A stretch of DNA of 64,000 nucleotides from Marine Group III euryarchaeote CG-Epi1 (lineage in GTDB: Archaea > Thermoplasmatota > Poseidoniia > MGIII > CG-Epi1), in NCBI GenBank assembly GCA_001875345.1, contig MIZA01000021.1, forward strand, positions 6,222-70,221, written 5' to 3'. Positions 19,817 to 29,689 of this stretch are shown one piece after another. Numbering within the stretch: position 1 is the first letter of the stretch; each line of letters begins with the position of its first letter. The translations under genes and the position numbers were made by a program. The notes under the pieces are model-generated. The model did no database searches. It saw only the letters and a list, made by a program, of their open reading frames with translations, and was not told where the DNA came from.

Positions 19817-20638
19817 TTAGTTCACCGTTATTGTGAATTGAGAACCTGCATTACATCCTGCAGGAACTTGAACATTAACTGATCTACCATCAGGTAGACC
19901 TACTGTCAAAACTTGACCCGGAACGACGCCCGGAGGGACAGTGATTGTCATACTAGTAGGCTCATTAGAAGGAACTGGAGGTACTGCTGCCTGAGGGGCA
20001 GAGGCTGGTGGAGCCACTGGATTCAGTGACTGTTGGGCAGGAGGTGCAATCATAGGTGAAGCTGCTGCCGGAGGTTGAGCCGGTGTTTGAGCAGGAAAGC
20101 CCCAGTCATCTTGTGGTTCTTCGTCTTTTCCTATGAAGGAGGTATATCCTCCATAAGCTATTGAACCAATTCCTCCCAATATAAGAAACATGAATATGTA
20201 TTCATTAACTGTAGAGTACCGTGATGTGATTGTATCAGAAGCTAATCCTGAGCCTCCGTTTTCATATCCTTTTAGAGTATAATCGCCAGTGCCATCCTGA
20301 ACTACTTCAAATTTAATTATTATACTATTTCCAACACCGAAATCTCCCATTATATCTGAGCCAAAGCGGAAAGGCGGATCATTCTCAGACTTTCCGATTG
20401 TTTCTAACCAAACAAGTGTTTGGCCATTATCAAGCTCCATTCTTGCAATACTATCTGAAATAGTGATTGTATCTCCAATAGAATAGTCAGTATACTTTTC
20501 TTGTCCTGATGAAGTATCAATTTGGTCTACAAAATCTTGCCCTGAGATACACATCATCTTCGGAAAAATATAAGTTAACCCAAGAAGTCCAATAACTGCA
20601 AATACGACACCTACTGCAATAAATGTATTGACGCGCAC
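19817..20638 (-). CDS. Two-TM hypothetical protein with Pro/Ala linker and small C-terminal beta domain
   Basis: N-terminal TM, loop domain, second TM, PAQ/PPA-rich linker, VPPGVVPGQ...VPAGCNAGS; abuts the binding-protein gene. Confidence 0.7.
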   Translation of the reverse strand: MRVNTFIAVGVVFAVIGLLGLTYIFPKMMCISGQDFVDQIDTSSGQEKYTDYSIGDTITISDSIARMELDNGQTLVWLETIGKSENDPPFRFGSDIMGDFGVGNSIIIKFEVVQDGTGDYTLKGYENGGSGLASDTITSRYSTVNEYIFMFLILGGIGSIAYGGYTSFIGKDEEPQDDWGFPAQTPAQPPAAASPMIAPPAQQSLNPVAPPASAPQAAVPPVPSNEPTSMTITVPPGVVPGQVLTVGLPDGRSVNVQVPAGCNAGSQFTITVN

Positions 20639-20680
20639 ACTACAACACTTTACCTGTTAGATTTAAGGCTTACCTGTAAT

Positions 20681-22720
20681 CTAATTGTTGAATAATTTAT
20701 TCCTGTAGGCTGTTACAACCGCCACACCCACAACTAATATGCCGAGTACTACAGATATAGCCATGAAATTATCTGAAGAGCTTTCTGATTCGCCATAAGC
20801 ATAGAAATTCGAATGTGTGGACAATGAATAAGAACCTGAATCTCCTACAGATCTTACTAATAACGTGTGATCTCCAGTAAATGATATATCTTTAGCATCA
20901 AGAGTAATTTTCCAATTAACGTATATTGATTCGTTACTACTAACTTCATATGATGCTTCTTTCCATGAACTGCCGTCAAGACTGTATTCTACCTTTGATA
21001 ATTCTAACCCGCGTCCCCAAGCAATGCCTGTAAACTCATTAATGTTATTTCCAGATTGCCATCCTAGTTGACTGCCTGTAATATGTGCTTGCAAATCAAC
21101 ATTAATATTTTCCAAGTCTGTATTTATTAAAGAAGACTGAACTGCCTCATAAGCATCTGCCATACCCCAACCGAAATGTCGATTCCAGTATGGATCTAGT
21201 TCAGGATAAGTTGCCCAAGGACCTTCTTCAACGCCTTCTCCATCTGCTGAGGTAAGTGTCTCTTTTCTTTCGGCTGTTAAACGTAAAATTTCTCTAATTT
21301 CAAGAGGATCCAATTCAGGATTTGCTTCTATCATCAAAGCAATTACACCCGAAACTGCAGGTGTTGCGTATGAGGTTCCACTCCCTCTTCCACTGTAACC
21401 GTTATCTGCAGCATCTTGACCCGGAAGTCTGTTGTAACAACTACTACTGGCATAACATGCTTCAGCCTGAATGATATTTGTACCCGGAGCTGAAATATCA
21501 GGTTTCATTTCGTTATATGGATTACCATCATTGTTATCTCGACGAGGGCCTCTACTCGAGTATGAAGCAATGCCGTCATCTTCTCTATCTACGGTATTTT
21601 TATCATCTAAAGCTCCAACTGTTATCGAAAGACTTGAGGAGCCCATACCTGAAAGACCATCATTGTCTGAACCTGAATTACCTGCTGCAACAGAAACGAC
21701 TACACCAGCTAGTGTAGCTTCATCTAAAACTTGTGAAAACATATCTGACCCGTCGGAACCTCCGCTTTCGTGTGAAGTAATTCCCCAAGACAATGATATT
21801 ATATCAATTCCAAAACTTTCATTTCCAACACCTGCCCAAGCTGTATCTTTGTTGTCTATAACCCAGTTTAGACCATCCATCGCAGATTCGTAAAATTCTT
21901 GCTCCAAGATATAATTTTCAAAAGGGCCTGCTCCAACTGCAGTGCCAATTCTAACATCAACTAAATCTGCATCAGGTGCTGAACCCGTAAAATTTGAAGA
22001 CTGACCGTTTGGTAATATTCCATTACTTGCTGCCATGCCTGCGCATGCAGTTCCATGTTGATTTTGATCATCAGGATCAAACGAACCATCATCTTCTTGA
22101 AGAGAGGCTACGCACAAGGCGTCGTCAGAACACACTGCGTCATATCCTGCAATATTTTTACCATCCAAACCTGGATGCTCATTGTCAATTCCTGTATCAA
22201 CCACAGCTATGTTAACTCCTTTACCAGTAAATCCTAAATCCCAAGCACCAACAGGATAAACTGAAGAATTACTAGCTTTAATTGCTGGAGTTTGAACATC
22301 GCCATAGAAAACAACTTTGTTGTATGGCTCTACCATAAGAACTCCAGGAAAATTACTTATTGTTTCGAATAATTCAGAGCTAACAGTACCCAATAAAAGT
22401 CCGTTTACTAAGTCTACATTGACTTTAACTGTTATACCCAAACCCTCAAGTAAAATTAAGTCCTCCTTTGTTGGTTGATGATCATACATTACTCCGATAG
22501 CGTATTCATCATCAATAGTTTCCAACCAATCTACAATCTTATTTCGGTTTAAATCTCTTGATGTACTTTCCCACCACAGGCTTTCTTCCCAATGATCCAC
22601 CTTTACATTTGGAATTTCAGATAGCTCAGCTTCAATTTCTTCTGGATTTGATATACCTGAAGCAGGTAATGAAATAAAAACCAACATTGCTGCTACCATT
22701 AGAATATTTATTCTTTCCAC
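20681..22720 (-). CDS. S8 subtilisin-like serine protease, secreted, C-terminal TM anchor
   Basis: VVDTG, HGTACAG, SGTSYATP; signal peptide; C-terminal TM + RNK. Confidence 0.92.
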   Translation of the reverse strand: MERINILMVAAMLVFISLPASGISNPEEIEAELSEIPNVKVDHWEESLWWESTSRDLNRNKIVDWLETIDDEYAIGVMYDHQPTKEDLILLEGLGITVKVNVDLVNGLLLGTVSSELFETISNFPGVLMVEPYNKVVFYGDVQTPAIKASNSSVYPVGAWDLGFTGKGVNIAVVDTGIDNEHPGLDGKNIAGYDAVCSDDALCVASLQEDDGSFDPDDQNQHGTACAGMAASNGILPNGQSSNFTGSAPDADLVDVRIGTAVGAGPFENYILEQEFYESAMDGLNWVIDNKDTAWAGVGNESFGIDIISLSWGITSHESGGSDGSDMFSQVLDEATLAGVVVSVAAGNSGSDNDGLSGMGSSSLSITVGALDDKNTVDREDDGIASYSSRGPRRDNNDGNPYNEMKPDISAPGTNIIQAEACYASSSCYNRLPGQDAADNGYSGRGSGTSYATPAVSGVIALMIEANPELDPLEIREILRLTAERKETLTSADGEGVEEGPWATYPELDPYWNRHFGWGMADAYEAVQSSLINTDLENINVDLQAHITGSQLGWQSGNNINEFTGIAWGRGLELSKVEYSLDGSSWKEASYEVSSNESIYVNWKITLDAKDISFTGDHTLLVRSVGDSGSYSLSTHSNFYAYGESESSSDNFMAISVVLGILVVGVAVVTAYRNKLFNN

Positions 22721-22761
22721 AATAACCTATTTAGAGTATCTGATAAAAGTTTTTAGTATAA

Positions 22762-23037
22762 CTATACTTTTTTAGAACAGTAAGGGCACATAGACCATTT
22801 TGCATCTACTTCTTTACCACAATGAGAGCAAGTCTTCATTTCTCTTTCCTTCTTCTCAGGCGCTTCTGACCACAAATTAGTCGGTGGTGGAGGTGGTAAA
22901 GGTTCAGGCCAAATTACAGATATTCCTAAACTGAATAAAAGTAATACTCCGGAAAGAATTTGTATTACTATATCTTCTGCGTAATATAAATTTAAAGCCC
23001 CTAGAAATGAAGCTAAAAAAAATGTCTGTCTCAGCAT
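22762..23037 (-). CDS. Small membrane protein with C-terminal zinc ribbon
   Basis: Two hydrophobic segments, poly-Pro, CSHCG...CPYC. Confidence 0.7.
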   Translation of the reverse strand: MLRQTFFLASFLGALNLYYAEDIVIQILSGVLLLFSLGISVIWPEPLPPPPPTNLWSEAPEKKEREMKTCSHCGKEVDAKWSMCPYCSKKV

Positions 23038-23038
23038 T

Positions 23039-24841
23039 TTAGTTTGTATACATTGAGTTTATTTCTTTAGACCAATTTTCATTAATTTGCTTTCGGCGGA
23101 TTTTCAGAGTTGGTGTCATCTCACTATTGTCTATATCAAAATCTCGAGGTAAAATAGTGAACTTTTTAACTTGTTCGGGGTTTGAAAATCTAGAATTTAG
23201 CGAATTAATTTGGGAATTTATTTCTTCAAAAATTTCATTGCTTCCTGTAAATTCGGAAATAGGTCTTCCTCTCTTTTCTAACTCCTTAATCTGCTCTTGC
23301 GGATCTTTAGGGATGTCATCTGGATTCATTCCAAGTTTATCACGAAGAATTGCACCGCCATCAAGTGTTACAAGCCCTGTACAATAGTTTCGAGAATCTC
23401 CGACTAAAAAGAACTGAGAAACTAAAGAAATAGATTTCATTGTTTCTTCAATTACAAGAGGAGCTACGTTCTTACCGTTTGAAAGAACATAGATTTCTTT
23501 TTTACGCCCAGTAATGTAAACATAACCTTGCTCATCAACTCTACCCACATCTCCTGTTTTTAGCCATTCTCCATCAAAAACTTCGGAATTCGCTTCAGGA
23601 TTATTGTAGTAACCCTTCATTATGTTATCTCCTTTGAATTGTAATTCACCATCAGATGCAACTCTTACTTCAGTTCCAGGACATGTTATTCCAATTGAAC
23701 CAGTTTTATTATTTACCTTATTATTGAAAGTCATTCCGGCTGTAGTTTCTGTCATTCCGTATGCTTCATAGATTGGAATTCCTACACTATGGAACAAGTC
23801 TATGATTTCTGGATTTATTGGTGCTGCCCCTGTGATTGCATGTTTACAATTTGAAAAACCTGCTTTCTTTCGTATGATCTTTTTGAAAATATTATTAATC
23901 AAAGGTATTTTCAAACCAATACGTACAGCTGCCTTAGATTCAATAGCTGCTTTTACATTAGAATAGACTTTTTCATAAATTCTTGGTACACCAACGAAGA
24001 AATCAGGCTGAATTTCTTTAGCATAGTCAATGATATGTAATGGATTATCAACAATTGTCATATTCAGAGCGCTAGTTACATGCGCATAATTATCACAGAC
24101 TTGTCCAAAAACATGGGCTTGAGGAAGCCAAGACACATATTTATCATGTGGATCTAGGGGTACAATGTGATCAATTACTTGATTAGTAATGAAAGCAAAA
24201 TTGTGATGAGTTAGCTCGACGCCTTTAGGATTACCTGTTGTCCCTGAGGTGTAGATTATTGAAGCTGTGGAGGCCTTATCTATTCCTGAAACTCTTTTTG
24301 TAATCTCATCATTTTTCAATTTCTCCCCTTTAGATATAAAATCATCCCAAGACATTGCTTTCGGATGGTCCATCATTTGCTCGTTTTCCATCATTATCAC
24401 ATGCTCTAATTCAGGAAGACTATCCATTATATTGTGAAGTCTGTTTACTGGTAATTTATCATTATTACCGCCCCATTGAGGATTATGGCCGACAAAAATA
24501 AACTTTGAACCTGAGTTAGATACAATCCATTCAACTTCTTCAGGAGAACATGTATGATAAACACTTACTGCTGTCCCGTCAACAGCATGAGATGCTGCAT
24601 AGGCTGCAAACCATTCCTTTCTATTGTAACTGTAAATACAAACTCTGTCTCCAACATTATGTCCGAGAGCGAGTAAAGAAAGAGAAATTTGATCTACATA
24701 GTTGCCATATTGAGACCAATTGAGGGTTTCCATATCGCCTTTACTATTTTTCTGTGAAATAGCAGGTAAGTTTCCATGTTTATCTGTGTTATAATTTATT
24801 TTTTCAGGTAAAGTCATCCAGCTCATGATGTAGTTAGGCAC
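23039..24841 (-). CDS. Long-chain fatty acid-CoA ligase (AMP-dependent synthetase)
   Basis: YTSGTTGNPKG, YGMTE, WLKTGDVG, TGRKKE, MTPTLKIRR. Confidence 0.92.
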   Translation of the reverse strand: MPNYIMSWMTLPEKINYNTDKHGNLPAISQKNSKGDMETLNWSQYGNYVDQISLSLLALGHNVGDRVCIYSYNRKEWFAAYAASHAVDGTAVSVYHTCSPEEVEWIVSNSGSKFIFVGHNPQWGGNNDKLPVNRLHNIMDSLPELEHVIMMENEQMMDHPKAMSWDDFISKGEKLKNDEITKRVSGIDKASTASIIYTSGTTGNPKGVELTHHNFAFITNQVIDHIVPLDPHDKYVSWLPQAHVFGQVCDNYAHVTSALNMTIVDNPLHIIDYAKEIQPDFFVGVPRIYEKVYSNVKAAIESKAAVRIGLKIPLINNIFKKIIRKKAGFSNCKHAITGAAPINPEIIDLFHSVGIPIYEAYGMTETTAGMTFNNKVNNKTGSIGITCPGTEVRVASDGELQFKGDNIMKGYYNNPEANSEVFDGEWLKTGDVGRVDEQGYVYITGRKKEIYVLSNGKNVAPLVIEETMKSISLVSQFFLVGDSRNYCTGLVTLDGGAILRDKLGMNPDDIPKDPQEQIKELEKRGRPISEFTGSNEIFEEINSQINSLNSRFSNPEQVKKFTILPRDFDIDNSEMTPTLKIRRKQINENWSKEINSMYTN

Positions 24842-24856
24842 TGAGATTATATTAAG

Positions 24857-26083
24857 CTATAGTCGCAGGAGTTTAGACTTAGCCATTATAAATTCTTCTT
24901 CAGAAAGAATTCCATTTTCACGCATCTCTGCTAATTGAACTAATTTCGACATCATTTCATCTTCAGTATTTTCTAGAGAGGTGTCAGACGTTTCTTCATA
25001 TTCGTTTCTCTCAAGTCTCCTTTCACTTGGAGATTCAGTACTTTCGATCACTCTGGCCTCTCTTGCAAGGTTTCGCGCTTTCTGAATATTAGTTAGGAAT
25101 TGCAAATAATTAGCATCGGAAAAATTTTTAGAAGCTAAATCATACATTTTCTTAGCTGCTGTGGTATCAAGATTATCATCTGAAGCTTTGATTATACCTT
25201 TCTTACAACCTGATAATAGTCTCTTAAGGTATGGCTCTAAGCTATAATTGAAGATGCCTCCTTTATTTCCTAGAACAACGTTACCTCCGCCGCTTGCCAT
25301 AACTCCTATTCTTGAGGTCTCATTACCAAAACCCCAAACTTTCCTCCCAGATTTATTATATAAATTTACTTTATTTGGTGACTCACCTACGGACACAAAA
25401 TCTGCAGTTTGGGCCATATCAATCCACAAAGGTTGCGAATCAAAAGTATTTTCCCAAAGGACTCTTGAATTCTTAACGCAAAATGAAAATTTACGGTCGC
25501 TAGTGAGATAACCTAAATAATCTCCGTTTGCACTAATGCATGTCTTAAGAACTTCGGAACCTGTCTCCTTTGACCACAAAACATTTCCCTTTACGTCATA
25601 CATATACAAATGGGAATAATCAGTTCCAGCCACAATGAATTCACCATCAGAAGTTATATCTACTGAATTAACAGAAAAATCTGAATTACTAAGATGAACT
25701 TCCCACAACTTTTTTCCCTTCCCATCATATAGTATGAGTTTACCTTCATCTGTTCCTACAGCAATCAAATTACCTCTGGAATTGATACTTGTAGCTAAAA
25801 CAGAACTTTCTAATTCCCTGTGCCACAAAGATTCGCCTTTCATATTAACCAAGTAAAGTACTTTTTGCGAACTACCCACTGCTATCTTTCCGCTGCGTGT
25901 AGAAACTGAAACATCATTTATTCTACGGATTTTTTTATTAAACCATAACAATCTTCCACGTGAATTTAAAAAAACAAGACCATTTCTAGTTCCTATTGCT
26001 GTATGCTTTCCATCTAGAGTCACTGACAAAGCGGACGGGGAAATATTTTCCCGAAATGACCAATTTGCAGGAGCTGGGCGCAT
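24857..26083 (-). CDS. WD40/PQQ-like beta-propeller protein with C-terminal SHOCT domain
   Basis: Repeated IAVG...L.LYD..G..LW blades; LAEMRENGILSEEEFIMAKSKLL. Confidence 0.8.
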   Translation of the reverse strand: MRPAPANWSFRENISPSALSVTLDGKHTAIGTRNGLVFLNSRGRLLWFNKKIRRINDVSVSTRSGKIAVGSSQKVLYLVNMKGESLWHRELESSVLATSINSRGNLIAVGTDEGKLILYDGKGKKLWEVHLSNSDFSVNSVDITSDGEFIVAGTDYSHLYMYDVKGNVLWSKETGSEVLKTCISANGDYLGYLTSDRKFSFCVKNSRVLWENTFDSQPLWIDMAQTADFVSVGESPNKVNLYNKSGRKVWGFGNETSRIGVMASGGGNVVLGNKGGIFNYSLEPYLKRLLSGCKKGIIKASDDNLDTTAAKKMYDLASKNFSDANYLQFLTNIQKARNLAREARVIESTESPSERRLERNEYEETSDTSLENTEDEMMSKLVQLAEMRENGILSEEEFIMAKSKLLRL

Positions 26084-26131
26084 ATTCTAGAAAATACTAA
26101 GCTCTGAGAGCATTTAAATCTTTCTAAATTC

Positions 26132-26698
26132 TTAAAGGACCAAAACCGCCGCTGAAACTGTAGTGCACCAGTATCCTTCCTTATCAACTTTGGCAGTCTG
26201 AATTATAGATTCAGTTTTCACAATTCGATTATCTATTTTCCACAATTCTCTCTTTTCATCCCAAGAAGCGTCCGGGTCAAAATTAACTCCATATGTTGTT
26301 GCCAACATTTCTGCAGCTAAATCTTCCACGTATTCTTCCATAGAATAGTCATCCATTCCAACACAATGATGCTCTGATAAATAACCGTAATGCTCATTGT
26401 CTTTAGGAATGGCTACACCCACTCCTGAACTGACTAGATCTCCAAACGTATTACTATCTGAACGAGCTAAAACGACTGGAACTACTTGACCAGGACTAAG
26501 CATATTTGTTCCTTCATCCTGTGTAACAAAATCACATTTCGGAGGTAAAATACTTGATACTGTAATAAGATTGAGTGAAGCAATACCTGCCTCCCTTAGA
26601 GCAAGCTCAAAAGAAGTTAGACGTTCCTTGCTAAGGCCTTTGCCTTTCGTTAAAAAAATTTTTTTAGGGACCCAATTTTGAGATGACACATGCATCAT
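26132..26698 (-). CDS. pdaD: Pyruvoyl-dependent arginine decarboxylase
   Basis: VPKKIFLTKGKG, SFELALREAGI, NLITVSSILPP self-cleavage site, YGYLSEHH. Confidence 0.92.
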   Translation of the reverse strand: MMHVSSQNWVPKKIFLTKGKGLSKERLTSFELALREAGIASLNLITVSSILPPKCDFVTQDEGTNMLSPGQVVPVVLARSDSNTFGDLVSSGVGVAIPKDNEHYGYLSEHHCVGMDDYSMEEYVEDLAAEMLATTYGVNFDPDASWDEKRELWKIDNRIVKTESIIQTAKVDKEGYWCTTVSAAVLVL

Positions 26699-26789
26699 TT
26701 CACTTCGTTCTATTTAATATTTAATCATAATTAACAAATTGACGAACTCAAGTACACAAAAATTATATAGTCCCCTCAAATCGAACAAT

Positions 26790-27470
26790 GTGCAGAAGCA
26801 ACTTACTAGAAGAATGGCTGGGGAAATTGTAATTTCTGAAAAACCTGGTGACACTCTCAAGAAATGGAGAACAATATTCAAACTTTCTCAGAAAAATCTA
26901 GCCTCACTTTTAAATGTAAAGCCTTCAGTTGTTTGTGATTTTGAAAAAGGAAGAAGAGCCTCTCCGGGAATAGGCACCGTACGAAAATTTGTAGAAGCCA
27001 TGGTAGAATATGACAAAGCCCAGGGTGGGAAAATTGTAAGTAGTATGTTTGCAAAAGATAATAACAATGCAGTTTATGACATAAGGGAATTTAACACAGG
27101 AACTGCCATTAGTAAGTTAATCAAAGATATTGATGGTGAAATCCTTTCAGGTAACGAAGATATATTAGAAAGACCAATCTATGGTTACACAATTGTAGAT
27201 TCACTAAAAGCTATAACTACATTCAATGTGTTTGGAGATTTATACGGATGGTCTAATGAAAGGGCTATCTTTTTCTCAGGAGTGCATTATGGAAGATCCC
27301 CTATGATCGCAATCAGAGCACATCCTGTTAAACCTAGAGTTGTTATTTATATTAAGCCAAAAACCATTGACAAGCTTGCTACGAAATTAGCCGAAATGGA
27401 AAGAATAGTTCTAGTAAAGACAGAACTCGATGAAGAAGAAATAGTTACAATACTAAAAAAATTTAATTAA
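26790..27470 (+). CDS. XRE-family HTH transcriptional regulator of the conserved archaeal type found upstream of HMG-CoA synthase
   Basis: AGEIVISEKPG..KKWR, DFEKGRRASPG, GRSPMIAIR. GTG at 26790 is preferred because a TATA-like box lies near 26763-26769. Confidence 0.85.
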   Translation: MQKQLTRRMAGEIVISEKPGDTLKKWRTIFKLSQKNLASLLNVKPSVVCDFEKGRRASPGIGTVRKFVEAMVEYDKAQGGKIVSSMFAKDNNNAVYDIREFNTGTAISKLIKDIDGEILSGNEDILERPIYGYTIVDSLKAITTFNVFGDLYGWSNERAIFFSGVHYGRSPMIAIRAHPVKPRVVIYIKPKTIDKLATKLAEMERIVLVKTELDEEEIVTILKKFN

Positions 27471-27479
27471 GGAAAAAAT

Positions 27480-28526
27480 ATGAGCGGAATCGTAAGTTAT
27501 GGAGCGTATATACCTAGTCACAAAATAGAGACTGGAGAAATTGCATCTGTTTGGGGTGCGGACGGTAGTGCATGGGCTAAAAATTTGAATGTATATTCAA
27601 AATCAGTTCCTGGCCCTGATGAAGACGTTATCACTATTGCAGTAGAAGCTACAAGATTAGCTATGAAAAGAGCTAAACTAGGTGGAACAAATATTGGAGC
27701 TATATACACGGGATCTGAATCTCATCCCTATGCCGTAAAGCCAACATCAACAATCGTTGCCGAAGCCATTGGCGCAACTCCAAACCTTACTGCTGCTGAT
27801 TTTGAGTTTGCTTGTAAAGCAGGAACTGCAGCAATACAAACTTGTCTAGGAATTGTAGGAAATAATCAAGTCGAAAACGGTATAGCTATAGGAGTTGACA
27901 CATCGCAAGGCGCTCCTGGTGACGCTCTAGAGTATAGTGCTTCAGCTGGTGGTGGAACTGTAATTATAGGTAACAAAAATGTCATTGCGACAATCAACCA
28001 CACTACTTCTTACACTACAGATACGCCTGATTTCTGGAGAAGAGAAGGACAAAAATATCCAAGACACGGCGGTAGATTCACAGGTAAACCTGCTTTCTTC
28101 AAACATGTTATGATGTGTGGAAAAATGATTATGGACATGGCTGGAAGCAAACCTGAAGATTATGACTATGTTGTTACTCATCAGCCAAATGGAAAATTCC
28201 CTATTCGTGCAGCAAAAAGTTTAGGATTTAATGAAGAGCAATACAAGACTGGATTGTTAACGCCAAGAATTGGGAATACTTATTCTGGTGCAGTTTTCCT
28301 CGGTCTAGCAGCTATTTTAGATATAGCTAAGCCAGGAGATAGGATTCTTGCAGTTGCCTATGGTTCTGGAGCTGGAAGTGATGGATTTGATTTAACAGTT
28401 ACGGACGAAATTGCAAAAATGGATCGCAGTGAAACCGTAGAAGATATGATTTCAAGAATGGAAATAATTAATTACGCTACATATGCCAAGTACCGTGGAA
28501 AACTAAACATGGGGGATTCAAAATGA
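27480..28526 (+). CDS. Hydroxymethylglutaryl-CoA synthase (archaeal)
   Basis: GSESHPYAVKP, EFACKAGT, HQPNGKFP, GNTYSG, YGSGAGSD. Confidence 0.96.
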   Translation: MSGIVSYGAYIPSHKIETGEIASVWGADGSAWAKNLNVYSKSVPGPDEDVITIAVEATRLAMKRAKLGGTNIGAIYTGSESHPYAVKPTSTIVAEAIGATPNLTAADFEFACKAGTAAIQTCLGIVGNNQVENGIAIGVDTSQGAPGDALEYSASAGGGTVIIGNKNVIATINHTTSYTTDTPDFWRREGQKYPRHGGRFTGKPAFFKHVMMCGKMIMDMAGSKPEDYDYVVTHQPNGKFPIRAAKSLGFNEEQYKTGLLTPRIGNTYSGAVFLGLAAILDIAKPGDRILAVAYGSGAGSDGFDLTVTDEIAKMDRSETVEDMISRMEIINYATYAKYRGKLNMGDSK

Positions 28527-29689
28527 GGGATGTAAGTATTATTGGAGTTGGAATTACTAAATTTGGAGAACTCTGGGACAAATCACTAAGAGAATTAGGT
28601 CTAGAAACTGGACTTGCTGCAATAAATGATGCTGGAATAACTAGTAATGATATTGATGCTTTGTATATTGGAAATATGGCGGCAGGATCTACACTTCAAC
28701 AAGAACATGTAAGTGCATTAATTGCAGATTATTGCGGATTAGCTAATCAAAACATACCTGCTACGAGAGTCGAAGCTGCCTCTGCATCCGGAGGTCTGGC
28801 TATCAGGCAAGCTTACATGGCAATTGCAGGAGGATTTATTGATGTAGCAGTTGTTGGTGGAGCTGAAAAGATGACTGATGTGAGTGATTCTGAATCTTCA
28901 TACACTGTTAGCATGGGTTCGGATGAACAATGGGAAGCTAAAGCGGGAGCAACATTCACTTCACTTCATGCAATTATAGCTCAAAATCATATGCTTGAGT
29001 ATGGTACTACTAGAGAGCAGTTATCTTCTGTAGCTGCAAAAAATCATTATCACGCTTCACTGAATCCAATGGCTCAATTTCCTTTTGCACTAGATCCTGC
29101 AGCTGTAAGTAAATCAGGAATGGTATCAACTCCTTTGAGGATGTTAGATTGTGCACCTAATAGTGATGGAGCTGCTGCTGTTGTACTGTGTGCTTCTGAC
29201 AAGGCAAAAAAATTCACTGATAAGCCAATAAAAATAATTGGATCTGGTCAAGCATCAGATACATTGAGCTTACATCATCGGAAATATTTACATAGACTTC
29301 CTGCGATAAATATTGCAGCCAAAAAAGCATTTGAAGATTCTAATAAGAAGCCTGAAGACTTGGATCTCATTGAAGTTCACGATAATTTTACCATTTCTGA
29401 AATCATAGCACTCGAGGAAATTGGAATATTCAAACGTGGTGAAGCTGCTCAGAAGAGTCTTGAAGGTGAAACTAAATTAGGTGGAATCATACCTACAAAC
29501 ACGAGCGGAGGTTTGAAAGCGAGAGGTCATGCCCCTGGTGCTACCGGAATCGCTCAAATTATAGAACTTGTTAAACAATTGCGGGGCGAAGCTGGAGATC
29601 GTCAAGTCAAGAACGCTAAGTTAGCTTTGGCCGAAAATCATGGTGGTACTGCTGCTACAGCTGTCGTTCACATTTTGGAGGCTGAATAA
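28523..29689 (+). CDS. Acetoacetyl-CoA thiolase (archaeal type; Ser at the nucleophile position)
   Basis: RVEAASASGG, GAEKMTD, DGAAA, EVHDNF, SGGLKARGH; canonical HMGS-thiolase-DUF35 order. Confidence 0.9.
   Translation: MRDVSIIGVGITKFGELWDKSLRELGLETGLAAINDAGITSNDIDALYIGNMAAGSTLQQEHVSALIADYCGLANQNIPATRVEAASASGGLAIRQAYMAIAGGFIDVAVVGGAEKMTDVSDSESSYTVSMGSDEQWEAKAGATFTSLHAIIAQNHMLEYGTTREQLSSVAAKNHYHASLNPMAQFPFALDPAAVSKSGMVSTPLRMLDCAPNSDGAAAVVLCASDKAKKFTDKPIKIIGSGQASDTLSLHHRKYLHRLPAINIAAKKAFEDSNKKPEDLDLIEVHDNFTISEIIALEEIGIFKRGEAAQKSLEGETKLGGIIPTNTSGGLKARGHAPGATGIAQIIELVKQLRGEAGDRQVKNAKLALAENHGGTAATAVVHILEAE

Noticed and set aside
21471-22237. Several plus-strand ORFs inside the S8 protease, and similar short nested ORFs elsewhere
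   Set aside because: Fully antisense to well-supported genes, with no recognisable motifs.
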